Counted from the first letter of the whole stretch, positions 11,360-23,219 are shown. The stretch is 63,995 bases of DNA, filler included, from Sanchytrium tribonematis (GCA_018985235.1; 8 parts of 8 records of this genome joined end to end with filler, not necessarily neighbours in it), one strand, 5' to 3'. The notes: generated from the sequence alone by a model not told the origin. Numbers and translations: made by a program.

Positions 11360-14300
11360 CTAAGCTGACGAATGATCCTGATCAGCACCAGTTTCTTGAA
11401 TTATTTTTTCGCCAAATGTGGATTTTTTTAATTTCTTCAATAAATCAAATATTTCTGTCTCACTGCCATTTTTAAATGTGTTATAGATGTTGCTTGTTGC
11501 CAGATCTGTGTTTTCTACTAGGCATACTTCCTCAAAATGTGCAGTTGAATCAAATGGCTGCTCACAATACTCACAAATAGCTCGATATTCATCATTTCCT
11601 CGGAATGGCATTCGTCCCATTAAAAACAATACCCCCAATTTTAGTGTACTGTGGGAATATGTGTAATTGTATCGATTTTTCTTCAGTAAAATTAGCAAAT
11701 TTGAAGTTGTTTTTAATTTTGAGCCCCTATTAGCCCTGTTTTCATCCCACATGTCTTGTAATCTCTCTTCAACTGTTAATTGTAGTTCTTCAAGAGTATT
11801 GGCACTTAGTGGGGTGTAGCCATCCACAGTTTCACAGAAAGAAGTGTTAAATTTCAAGATTTCAATGTAATTTAGAGGAGTTCGCGGGTCAGATTGTAAC
11901 TGGTAAATGCAATTTCTCAATTGGGTCTCCAATGATATTCTATTTTTATTGTATAATTCATTGGAATTTAAAAATTTGCACAAGTATTCATGAATAAGCC
12001 TTGAGTGGCGAAAGACACCGTTGACAGCTCCTTTTCTAATTGATTCTAGTCTTTCTAGATATTTGACATCCCATAACGGTAGCCCGTAGCTCAAAATGGA
12101 TTCAATTACCCCTTTCACAAATAATGGTTGTCCATGAAATAGTTTATTTGCTTCTTCAGTATGGATTTTCTTTTGCACTGATGCGATTTGTTTATTTTTA
12201 TGAACCAGCTCGGCATCGTAGTCAATCCCATCACAATTGATGTGGATTCCCAGATATTTAATAAATTTTAAAGATTCTAATTCTTGATTATCTACCACAA
12301 ATGAGTATTCAGAAGATGCGCAAATTTGGTATTTATTAGGATTCGCCTTGAAATTATGGTCTTTGAGTTTACTAGTGATATTGTTGAGAATCAGTTGCAA
12401 ATAATTTGGATTATTTGCGCACAAGAATATATCATCTGCATACAAGCAGATGGCTATTTTGCTGTCATCGTAGTCTAGTTCTGAAAGAATTCGATCAATT
12501 ATAAATGAAAATAAGAGTGGTGAAAGTGTTCCACCTTGTGGAACACCCTGTTTCATTTCAATGGTTTGTTTTAATGAATCGCGCTTTAAGTAAAGAGATT
12601 GATTGACAATCAGAGATCTTAGTGCATTACAGTCAATAGGAGTAAATAAATTTACTACATTTTGTTCAATATCATCCCAATTGATATGATCAAATGCTGA
12701 AGATAAATCCAAAGATGCTAAATAAACATCTCCATTTCTTTTAAATTGTTTTATGGTATTTAATACGAAGTGCAACTGTGTCAAAGTGCTTCTAGATTGG
12801 CAGAATCCATGTTGACGGAAACTGGGGATTAAAATATACTTTAATTTAAAATAATACAAAATTTTTTCATATATTTTACGAACTGTAGGTAGGAGAGAGA
12901 TGGGTCTATAGAATTTCGGGTCACTATGGGATCCCTTGTTTTTATAAATCTCACAGATAGATGATTTGCACCAAGATTCTGGTAAATCGCCGTGAGTGTA
13001 GGCTTGTTGGAAAAGATGCTTCAAGACTTTGATGCCATTTGAAGGCAAGAACTTTATTGATGTATTTGGGAGTATACCACCAGCTGATTTCCTTGTATTT
13101 AATCTTCTTGCTTCCTTTCTAATTTTTTCACAACTGAAAAGTGATTTGGATTCTTGATAGGCTCGATTTATTTGTTCTTCTGAAGTGTGTTTCTTATTCC
13201 AACTATGATTTGGTGCATCAAAGTGATTTTTTTGATATGCAATCATTTCTTCTTCATTGCAGAATATGCGATTGGGATTAAAATTTGAATTTTTTATTTT
13301 GCAAAGTTTGTGGTAGGCATTTGTAGAGTCTTTATTAATTTCCTCCAACACTTCCAAGTGATTTTGATACACCTGATTCTCCATTTCCGAGTTGTATTTC
13401 TTGCGACATTGTTTAATTTCTTTTAACAAAATGATTCTGCGTCTCCTGGATTTGACTCGTGAGTAAGTCTGCTGCTTTCTTTTGATGTATTTGTTAATTG
13501 AATCCAAATTACTAGTAAGAATACGACACTCCGGGAAATTTGGGATTATTCCAAGTGTTTGTTTGTCAGCCGTGAGCACGCAACTTGTCAAGAAATTGTC
13601 AATTTCATTTACATTTATTGAATCTAACAGATTGTCATTATATTTCTTTATTAAATTCTGTAGCATTGATTGATATTGTTTCCTGAATTTGGGTATTTTC
13701 AATTTTTTCCAATTTATCTTCTCTAATGAAAGCATCATTTTATCAGTTTCTAATTCAATAATAGATGGCCAATGATCTGAGGTGTATTTGTCAGGTCTTT
13801 GTATAGTTAACAAGGACTTAACTGCATGTTGGAGGCTAGAATGGGACCAAAAGTGGTCCAATATTTTATTTGTATTTACCATTGTGCTGGTTGTTACATT
13901 ATGAAATACATACGATTTATTCAATAAATAACACTTCAATTGTTTGCTGAATAGATCTGATTTGGAATCTATTTCCAAGATGTTGAAATTCAGGTCACCA
14001 CAAATAAATGCATTGTGGGAAATTGCCTCATTGAGAATAGATTTGATATATTCTATATTTCGAGTTCTAATGTAATGAAATGGAATGTATGTGAATGCAA
14101 TATTTTGCCTATTTATCTTAAAAATATAACAATTGTCAAAAAATTTAATTTTATTCACACTTGTTACGGAATTATGAATGAACAAGTGCTGCTTATGGTG
14201 TAAATTTGAGTTTGGAAGATCCCATTGAGTATAATTATTGATATGTGGCAGATATTTATAGTTTTTAGACTCTTGTAACAGCAGAATGTGTGGCTCAAGT

Positions 14301-14584
14301 TCCAATAAATTGTTTAATTCTTGTTGATTCAGAACTCTTTTGTATCCACGGCAATTCCATTGCATGATTCTTAATTTGTTAGTGAATGTGCATGTGTAAT
14401 TGGACTCTCCATCTAAAGATTCAGGGATATTATAATTTATTTCTGATGGTGGATCGGAAATTTGTGTAAATAAAGTTGAAGAAAGTGTATTTCGAGCCAC
14501 TTTGTTTTGTCTAGTAGTGTTAATTGCTTGTCTTTTCAATGGAACCATGTCATTTGGTTCAGACTTCAAAATCTTTGTGGGCAT
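11360..14584 (-). CDS. LINE APE endonuclease-reverse transcriptase, uninterrupted 1074-aa frame
   Basis: All APE and RT motifs present, including YADD, plus the C-terminal CCHC. Confidence 0.93.
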   Translation of the reverse strand: MPTKILKSEPNDMVPLKRQAINTTRQNKVARNTLSSTLFTQISDPPSEINYNIPESLDGESNYTCTFTNKLRIMQWNCRGYKRVLNQQELNNLLELEPHILLLQESKNYKYLPHINNYTQWDLPNSNLHHKQHLFIHNSVTSVNKIKFFDNCYIFKINRQNIAFTYIPFHYIRTRNIEYIKSILNEAISHNAFICGDLNFNILEIDSKSDLFSKQLKCYLLNKSYVFHNVTTSTMVNTNKILDHFWSHSSLQHAVKSLLTIQRPDKYTSDHWPSIIELETDKMMLSLEKINWKKLKIPKFRKQYQSMLQNLIKKYNDNLLDSINVNEIDNFLTSCVLTADKQTLGIIPNFPECRILTSNLDSINKYIKRKQQTYSRVKSRRRRIILLKEIKQCRKKYNSEMENQVYQNHLEVLEEINKDSTNAYHKLCKIKNSNFNPNRIFCNEEEMIAYQKNHFDAPNHSWNKKHTSEEQINRAYQESKSLFSCEKIRKEARRLNTRKSAGGILPNTSIKFLPSNGIKVLKHLFQQAYTHGDLPESWCKSSICEIYKNKGSHSDPKFYRPISLLPTVRKIYEKILYYFKLKYILIPSFRQHGFCQSRSTLTQLHFVLNTIKQFKRNGDVYLASLDLSSAFDHINWDDIEQNVVNLFTPIDCNALRSLIVNQSLYLKRDSLKQTIEMKQGVPQGGTLSPLLFSFIIDRILSELDYDDSKIAICLYADDIFLCANNPNYLQLILNNITSKLKDHNFKANPNKYQICASSEYSFVVDNQELESLKFIKYLGIHINCDGIDYDAELVHKNKQIASVQKKIHTEEANKLFHGQPLFVKGVIESILSYGLPLWDVKYLERLESIRKGAVNGVFRHSRLIHEYLCKFLNSNELYNKNRISLETQLRNCIYQLQSDPRTPLNYIEILKFNTSFCETVDGYTPLSANTLEELQLTVEERLQDMWDENRANRGSKLKTTSNLLILLKKNRYNYTYSHSTLKLGVLFLMGRMPFRGNDEYRAICEYCEQPFDSTAHFEEVCLVENTDLATSNIYNTFKNGSETEIFDLLKKLKKSTFGEKIIQETGADQDHSSA

Positions 14585-16741
14585 CGAATTATTTTCAAAG
14601 TCATTTTTACGTTTATGGTTTTGTATTTGACTGCCACCAAGTTAATTTTTCTGAAGACGATTTGGTACGAGTTTGAATTTTCGAAAATTGAAATTTGGAA
14701 ATTGATCTCTGATTATTTGAAAAAGATGCATTTTGTTATATGGACATGCAAACTCATAGTGTTGTAAGTCATTATGGTTATTTAGAATGGTTAAATGGGC
14801 TGTGGTCCCGTCATGGAGCTCATGATATCTTGAGATGGACAGATTTAAAAATTGGCTGTTTATTGAATGACTAATAGAATAGATATTGAGTTTAAAAGGA
14901 AATGATGCAGATCTTAGTAATGATTGAGTATTAGGTAAAAGACATTGGCGGAGTGTGTGGCAGAGTATTGGCAAATCTGGCGTATTTGGATATTTCAATG
15001 AAATAGAGTTCGAATACATTTGAGTCATAATTTGGGTATCATGGTAAGCAGCATTAGCGCATGAATGATGATTGTTATTATGGATCTCAGTAAAATGAAA
15101 ATGACTTATATATTTGAGAAGAGAACAGATGCGAGTGTTCTCATTATCATAGAATGAATAAGAAATTATAGGTATATTATCTTTCGGCATCATTTCAAGG
15201 TGTTTATCATCATGCTGAGATTTCAAATTTGTAAATTGATGCAGTACTACTTGAATAAATAGAATTGAAAAGAAATCAAATTTATTTAATCTTCCAAGGT
15301 CATGCCAGTCTAAATGAGTACCAAATACCAAGATAGGCTTAATAGTTGTAATATGCAACATTTTGGCAATCTTTGCAGTAAAATCTTCATCCAATTCAAT
15401 GAATTCTCCGTCATCTGTGATTCCTTGATAAATAATATCCAAATCTCTAAATTCTGGTCCGTAGATTTTAACGTATTCCTCTTTAAGGGCACTGACTAGA
15501 TTTTCATCTTTGGGGAACTGAAATGATAGTGTCAAATCCTGTCCTGATTCGTCAGAAATGGTTAAATCAAATGATCTGGTCTCAGTTGAGTGATGATTGG
15601 ACTTCAATTGGCTAAATACTTTAGTATATCTAGATTTGTTAGATTCAAGGTCATGGGTGGCATTTTGGATACCAATTTGCTCAATATTGGCCATTAAACG
15701 TGTTAACGACTTGATTGCTGCCATTTTGATGATGGAATTGGTTCCCAAATTCTCACTCATTCCAAATGATGGGATCTGATCACTCTTTAATACCTACTTT
15801 GGGACCACGGATTTGAAGTAGTAATCTAATTGTGTTGCATTGCAACGATTAAATCCTTGTTCAGATACATATGCATTGGAATTAACCAATCTACTAGGAC
15901 TAGCAATGAGAGCAATAAATACGCATTTATATCGCACATCTAAATCTTCAGCAAGATGAATGAACTCACAAACTTGATGGTTGAGGCAATAATTTCTCAC
16001 TGTTTTGGCGGATTTCAATGCAGAGATGGGTCCAAAGAATACATTCAAATGGTAAGCATGAGTTAATTTGTAATTGGAATGGATAATTGATTGGATAGCT
16101 GGCATGTCTAAATCATAAATATCTGTGTTGGGATTTGGTGAATTCACGTGTTTGACGGAGAAAGTAGAGAAGTTTGTGGCTTGCAAATCGAGTGTAATAT
16201 GAAAGTAATTTGGGTCACTGACCAAATAACATGGTAAATTGGCGTCATTTTCTTCAATTTGCTCACAATATGATTTGATAAGCTCTAGATACTCCTTGTA
16301 AATCCCTGATTGTAGATGCTTCATAGGTGCAGTAATGTGGTTTCTTAAAGCCACAGTATCCATTTTTTCGGCTCGTAGACAGAACTTAGGGATTGTTAAT
16401 TCACGATTAAATTGTAAAGGTTTCCTATCCATGAAATAGTCGTGGGAACACCAGAATTCAATATGTTGTGCATATTTCTGTGAACCAATCGCTGCTGTGG
16501 TTCCTTGGGCTACTGCAGGGCAGGAAAGAGTGTGATTGGGGGTCAAATGTTTTGTTAATTTTATAATGGTCAATAAATGTCCTCTTGAAGTGTCTTTAAT
16601 AATGTTATCAAGATCTGCTATCTTTTGTGCATCTCTGGAGCCAGATTGGAATGCTTTTAAGCTTCCTTTTAACTGAGATGACATATCAGAAAGACCTTGC
16701 AAGAGTTTATAAAGTGCGAGCGCAATTGACATGTGAGCAAA

Positions 16742-16862
16742 TTGAATATGTTTATTGGTGTGAAGGCGCCATTGGCAAACTTGAATATGTTTATTGGTGT
16801 GAAGGCGCCATTGGCAAACTTGAATATGTTTATTGGTGTGAAGGCGCCATTGGCAAACTTGA
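16742..16862. repeat. Three perfect 39-bp tandem repeats at the 5' end of LINE copy 1
   Basis: Unit ttgaatatgtttattggtgtgaaggcgccattggcaaac x3. Confidence 0.97.
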
Positions 16863-18136
16863 TCTTTTGAAATGCAATCTGAGTGTTTTTTTAGTAAAGT
16901 GGAATGTTCAAGTTTCTCATTTTCACAAGTTAGTATGTAATAGATTTTAGTGGATGGAAGCCAATCTGTGTAGAAAATAAAGTGTTTTATTGAGAAAGAT
17001 GCATGAAATTCTGTTGCTTTATGAGCAGAAATAGCACATTCATTTGATAACAAGCGAATTATGCGAGTTGTGGTCCAGAAAGTCAAATTGGCAAAAAAAA
17101 TTAAAATTTTAAAAATTTTGCAGATCAAACTGGCAACTCCTCGTTTCATCAAATGACATCTTAAAAAGTCAATTGTATTTTTTTCAAATAGATTTTGAAG
17201 GGTTGAAGTATCAATTTTGTCCCATTGAACTGCAGCAATTTCATTTATAACTAGTTAATTGGGAATTGGAGATACAAGAGCCAATTATTGCCAGATTTTT
17301 AAATATTTGAGGGTATAATCCACACAGACTCCATTTGATTGAGTAATTAAGCGTCTAGCCACTTTAAAATTTCAACTAATTATTCAATTTACTCTCTTCA
17401 GTAGCCAAAAGTTATACAATACCAAGGAGATGAAAAAAATGAAAAAGCAACAAAGATCAGAGAATCTTATGAAAAACTGCTCTCTTGATACGCGATTAGA
17501 ATTAATAAATAATTATTTTAATAGTAGTAATTCCTGTTTGAAAATTATATTTGGAGTGATATTTTTATATTTTACAAATATAAATCTATTTTTTTAAAAT
17601 ATAAATAATTTCTAAAATCAGTTTAAATGAGTATAAGAATCTGGCAAGTTGATGGAAATGGCTTTGAAGAAAAACGCTTCCCTTTTATAAAAATTATATT
17701 TTTTCCATAACTTTATTTATTGTCCGGGTAAACTCACAGCTGATGGCCAATCACGTTACCCTTTTGAAACAATAAAATTTTATCTGTGAAGGTTCTATTT
17801 GGATACAAAAAACCCGACTCCCAGGACTATGTTGCACGTAATCAAAAAGAGACGCTCTTAGACCATCTAAAATAACGAAAAACTACGAAACTGGGCAATC
17901 TTTTTATTATGGTGTAATGTGAACAATGGGTGGGTTTTACAATCAAAAAAACTAGGATCAAAATGAGCTGAACTCGACTCTGTTGGTTTTACCTTTGATT
18001 TTTCAATTGCATCCCTGCACATATCGGGATCGAGAAAAAATTGAAATTTGATTCTGTTACAACATTCCTAAAAATAGATAAATAAACTCCTTTTCAGGTG
18101 TTTTGTGCACATTTGTTTGGCAAAATACATTATACA

Positions 18137-18328
18137 ATGACAGATGGAAGACAAAAGTGGACAAATGAAGAAGTAGTTACACTATTAAATTGGTTTTTAG
18201 AGATACAAGCTAGCCAGAGCAAAACAAATTGCAGTAAAGCTAGCGTCATTAAAGAAGGTAGTCTTTTTGATACCTATCTAGAGGAAAATTCAAACTTTAG
18301 ATGGAATTATGAGCAGTGTCTAAATAAG
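18137..18328 (+). pseudogene. N-terminal half of the Harbinger-associated Myb/SANT (trihelix) protein
   Basis: KWTNEEVVTLL...RWNYEQCLNK trihelix pattern; ends abruptly at the inversion breakpoint. Confidence 0.7.
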
Positions 18329-21110
18329 TAGAAGGCAATAAAGAAACTGAACAGACCACAGATCAGAGTAGACAACACACATACTGATGGTATGTGTTCT
18401 GTGGGATTCTAGCACAATACCTTCTTCATCATATACTTCTAAAGCATATGTGTATATTGGCATCACCACTTCTCGATAAAATTGCTTATAAGCACCTTGA
18501 AGTGACTCAAACGTGCGTGTCCATTTAATCTGCCCAATTGCAAAATTGACTTTGTCAATGCGTGACTTGACATCTACTGCATAATCAATATTATCCCATT
18601 TTAAATAAACACTCAGATACTTCATATTATTTGCTTTGGGACTGATATTTCATTAGAAAGATTTAAATGCGTAATTTTTGAATCGGATGTGACGTATTGA
18701 AATTTCTGACTATTAGCAATAAATCCATGATATTTAAGCTTTAATAATATAAGATTACTCAATAATTGTGCATTTTGGTAGCTATTGCACACCAATAGCA
18801 AGTCATCGGCGTAGATGTGGATTGAAAAATTATTAGAATTTGAGATGGATAGTAAAATGCGATCCATCACGTAGGCAAACAACAGAAAGCTTAGTGAGCC
18901 ACCCTATGGAGTGCTTCTCATGAATGGAATGGCTGTTTGATTAGAATCAAAAGGGAATTAAATTGATTGTTTTGTGATAATGATTTTTAATAGATTCAAA
19001 TAGTGTGATTATATATGAGGTTTGAGTAATTCATTAAGATCCTTATGCAGAATACAATCACAGGCAGATGGGAATGTTTGAATTTCTTAAACTGAATAGA
19101 TCTGGCTGCTGCAGCTGCGCTGTTTGCAGAATCCATGTTGGCGAATGCTAGGATGTATTCTATCGAGTAGTAACATATTTGTTGGAAAATTTTATATGTG
19201 CGTGATAATAGGTTGATGGGCCTATATCTGCTAGTATCCCTTTCATTTCCGCTTTTAAACACGTCAAAAGTAACTGAGAGGAGCCAGGCCGATGGGAAAT
19301 TGCATTCAAGATAACATTGACTAAAGAAACTTAGAAATAATTCATATCCGATTTCTGGTAGATTTTTGAGAAGAATAGCCGGTATGGCATCACCAGACAC
19401 TTTGTTGCTGTTTGAATGCTTAAATGCATTGGTTATACGTTCAGTCGTGAAGACCTCTCTTGCAACGGCATTCACTAGATGACTTAATTGAAGGATTTCT
19501 TCTGGCCAATCAGAAGAATTTGGGGAGAAATGAGTCAGTTGGTACTGAATAGCTCTCTCAAGATCACAATTAAAAGAGTGATTAGGTCTCTTTGACTGTC
19601 GTAGTCTGCATAAATCGACAAAGGCGCTACTTTGGTTTTTATTAATATTCTCAAGATATTTTTTCTTTTTGCTCCTTGGATCTCTGATTTTTGATTCCTT
19701 CCTGATGCAGTCAATTTGGTGTCTAATGTTATCTCTTCGTGTAACTATGATGTTTTTCTTCTTCAGTTTGCGCTTCAATTTATTTTTACGAATATTTAGA
19801 ATTTGAATAACATTATCAAAATCATTCATTTGCGAGTTATCCAGGATATTGCTTATACCAAGTATTTTGGTTGCATGTTTAGTACAGACCTTCAATAAGT
19901 AGCTCCATTTATCATTCACAGAAATATTTTCATATGCAATCTTATTTGTCTCAAATTCATGCTTTAATTTTTCTTGTAGGGATAGGCGAAGGATGGGATC
20001 ATTCTTTAATTTACTCCATCTGATATTACGTAGAATTGCAATTGGGGAGTCAAGAGAATATGTAAATTTGATGGGGAAATGGTCAGAGCTAGTATCTTCT
20101 TCTGTTAATACCTCAACATTGCTAGTGCGATCTAGTTTGGATTGGTGGACAAGTAGAACATCATTTACATTAATACCATTTCTCATGGTGCTTATATTGG
20201 GAGAATTTCTACACGAATATGCAAAATTACTTATAAATGTCTCAAATGATCTTCCTACCCTATTTGACCCATTTTGAATCATGGACATGTGCATGTTGGC
20301 ATCACCAACAACAATACTTTTTAATTCAAATGCTACTTGGAGTTCTGAATGGACCAAAGAAAGATTCCCCATAATTCTAGGGGGAATATAAAGAAAGGAG
20401 AAGACATGTCCATCAATTTTAACTGTATGACAATGCTTTGTATTATGATTCATTTGAGTGATGTTATTAATGCCAATTTTGATGTATATGCATTGTCTGT
20501 CCACCTCGTGGAGGAATTTGAATTTAAATTGTGAATATCCATTTAATCGAATATCCTTCTTCGTATCTAATCTATATTCATTCAAATGTAAGATATCTGG
20601 TCTGTGCATACCTATTAGAGATCTCAACTCTGTTTTTAGATTTCCTTGCCTGACTCCTCTACAATTGTAGCTTATGACGCAAAAATCATGAATTTGATCT
20701 GCCACACTGTGATCAGTGAGTAGATCACCATTTCCACCTCTAAGACGTACATCAAAGTCATCATCAATCAATTTTATCCCAGAATAGATCTTTGACTCAC
20801 TTCAATCCACATTTTCGATTCTTGAGTCAATGAAGTGCTTTACATCCTTTAAATTACATTGTTTAAAGTAGTAGAATGGGTATGAGTTGTTGTTATCCAT
20901 TTTAATCCATAATAAACTCTGTTTTGGCTTATTTGATTTTAGATACAAAATTGGTTGAATCACTGTTTTGGATGGTTCTGGTCTGCAGATTCTTTTGTTG
21001 TACACTGTATTAGCAGCAGGTGTTGCCATGGGACGCTTTAGAGAAGAGGAAACCAATGAATCAGCATTTATTGAATTAACTTTGATTCGCCTCTTCTCCA
21101 AAATTAAAGT
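18329..21110 (-). mobile_element. Degenerate LINE copy 2 (Ubl-RLRGG-APE-RT) with frameshifts and stops
   Basis: VRLRGG then ISYNCRG, LHLNE, GDANM, SDHFP, YRPINLL; IYADDL and KYL in the downstream fragments. Confidence 0.88.
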
Positions 21111-21318
21111 GAACTACCGACAAGGGGAGCAGAGTACTCGACTGTGAGTTCAATAACCCGTCCTGTAGTGATTCTTGCCAAGTGGCACTTGATCTGAGGT
21201 CTGTTGATGTCACATGTCAGTGATCCGTGAATAAATTTAATTGGTCAGTGATTACACAATAGTTTCACCTGCTTCGATTATCTTTCACGTCGATCGCAAG
21301 TAGGGTGAAGCGTGAAGT

Positions 21319-22440
21319 GTGAAGCGTGAAAGTGATTCTGACGAAAATATTGACTTGTTACTGCTTTATTTATATTTTAAGGCACCCAAGAAGATCCCAA
21401 GAAAGCCACGATCATTTTACCAACCAATTCCTAGAGCATACATTTGGTATCATTTACAAGTAGCTGTTTTACATGATAGACACTATAGATTCTTTTTTCG
21501 TATGACTAAATTGCAATACGAATCCCTTTTAAATATTTGCATGCAAAGCGATCATCATTATTTACTAAATTCCCCAGTCGCATTTTCGAAAAAATTACAC
21601 ATCTATTTATACTTTGTTGGGAATAATCCATATAATACAGAGATGGTAGATCGCTTTGGCGTAGGATCACCACTCACTTATGTATTGGAAGTTGCCAATT
21701 TATTGAATGAATCACTTTATAACAATTTCGTAAAATGGCCAGATTTGACAGAAAAAGTAGCCATAAAACAACAATTTGAACAATATTGTGGTTTTAAAAA
21801 TATAATTGGATGTATAGATGGAACCCATGTGGGGATATCTGGTATTGGCAAATTCAGAAATGGATATACAACAAGAAAGAGTGTCTACGCAATTAACGTG
21901 ACATTTGTGTGTGATTATAATAAACAAATAAGATATAGTATAATTGGCTGTCCAGGTGCATATCACGACAATCGCGTATTTGAATTATGTGATTTGCACA
22001 ACAATGAATCACAATATTTTGATGGAAATGATGTCATGTTGGGAGATTCTGCATACAAGGGATCCAATAATGTGGTTGTGCCTTATACAAGTCCATCAGT
22101 AAAAGAGAATGTCAGTTTTAATTATTTACACGCCAAAGCACGTGTAAAAGTTGAAAATACGATTGGATTAAACAAGGGAAAATTCAAGGTGATGGGAACA
22201 CAAATTAGAATCAAATCAATTAGAAAAATAGTGATTATCATCAAATCAATTACAGTGGTGCATAATTTTATCATTCAATACAGTTTGAGAAACAATACAG
22301 AAGATGTTTGGGAGGAGGATGAATTACATGAAAATGATTTGCAAGTTGTAGAGCAATATCCAGAGCATGCAGCCATAAATTATAGATTTAATGTATCAGC
22401 ATTTGAAAGAAAAGAGATTATGAAGAGGACAAATGAATAA
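21319..22440 (+). mobile_element. PIF/Harbinger DDE transposase (HARBI1-like)
   Basis: IIGCIDGTHV, GAYHDNRVF, LGDSAY, FNYLHAKARVKVENTIG motifs; convergent with a Myb/SANT partner gene. Start codon unclear. Confidence 0.92.
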
Positions 22441-22466
22441 ATAAATTTAAAACTAATTAATTTATT

Positions 22467-22994
22467 TTATTGTGCATGTAGGCCAGATATTTTTAATGCC
22501 AATGTCTCTTCCATTCCTGATGCTTTCAAGTTTGAATAGATAATTGATCTTTCTTTCAACTTCTGCAAATCTAACATTTCCAATTCCTTTTCTGTTTTGC
22601 TTTTCTTTAATGATTTAATGCACTCATCCTCATTTTCAATATCCTCACATTCTCTTTTCATTTTATTGGTAAAATAAGACTTGATCACACTAGAAACATC
22701 ATCATCGGATGACAAGTTCTTTTTTGCAGTTTTATCAGTGGCTTTCACACTAAATGGGTTGTTTTCATTATTATTCATTTCCACACATTCTGGATTTGCT
22801 TTTGGTGTTCCAACTAATGCCTTGTTGAAATTTTCAAGAATTTCTTTGGCCATTTGCTCTTCTTCTAATGATGCCGGTGTAACAATGGTATGATGTGAAC
22901 CATCCATACAATTATTCCCACTTTTTAAAATATTTTCATTGAATTTGTTGGCCCATTTAATAAAATCCTTTTCTTTTCCCTCAATAGAATTAAT
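22467..22994 (-). pseudogene. C-terminal half of the Harbinger Myb/SANT partner protein
   Basis: INSIEGKEKDFIKWA continues EQCLNK of 18137-18328 in frame; coiled-coil tail; convergent with the transposase; stop overlaps AATAAA. Confidence 0.65.
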
Positions 22995-23219
22995 AGATCT
23001 ATTGAATCCTTCCTGTGCCAATGTTGCGAAGAGCCATTGTATTGCCAAAGATTAACGGTTGTCTTTTTGAGCCATAATTAGACAATTTGATTGGTCAAAA
23101 CGATACAACGAATGCTGATTGGACTACATAAACTCGAAAATTGATTGGCTAATTTATTTTTTTTCACAACTCGATCTGTTGAGGCTACGGATCAAAGAAT
23201 GGAGCTGAAACAAGGATTT

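Larger units (their letters stand above)
11284..16870 (-). mobile_element. Near full-length non-LTR retrotransposon (LINE copy 1): leader/Ubl region, APE endonuclease, RT, CCHC finger, 3' stem-loop, poly(A)
   Basis: MQWNCRG, LLQE, GDLN, SDHWP (APE); YRPISLL, LDLSSAFD, GVPQGG, YADD, KYLG (RT); CEYC..H....C. The three ORFs are in one frame separated by single stops. AATAAA + (TAT)3 + A-run at 11284-11309. The 5' boundary is approximate. Confidence 0.92.

Noticed and set aside
14642..15796. Alternative genetic code (TAA/TAG read as Gln) to explain in-frame stops
   Set aside because: Conserved host genes end in TAA or TAG at expected positions and have no internal TAR codons.
16742..16862. 39-bp repeats as a CRISPR array
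   Set aside because: Head-to-tail with no spacers; eukaryotic context; no cas genes.
17780..21320. Harbinger terminal inverted repeats
   Set aside because: Only weak GG..CT.TT-like candidates near 17791 and 21198; no convincing matching pair or TSD.
21305..21333. Short gtgaag(c/t) tandem at the transposase 5' end
   Set aside because: Low-complexity slippage repeat; too short to interpret.
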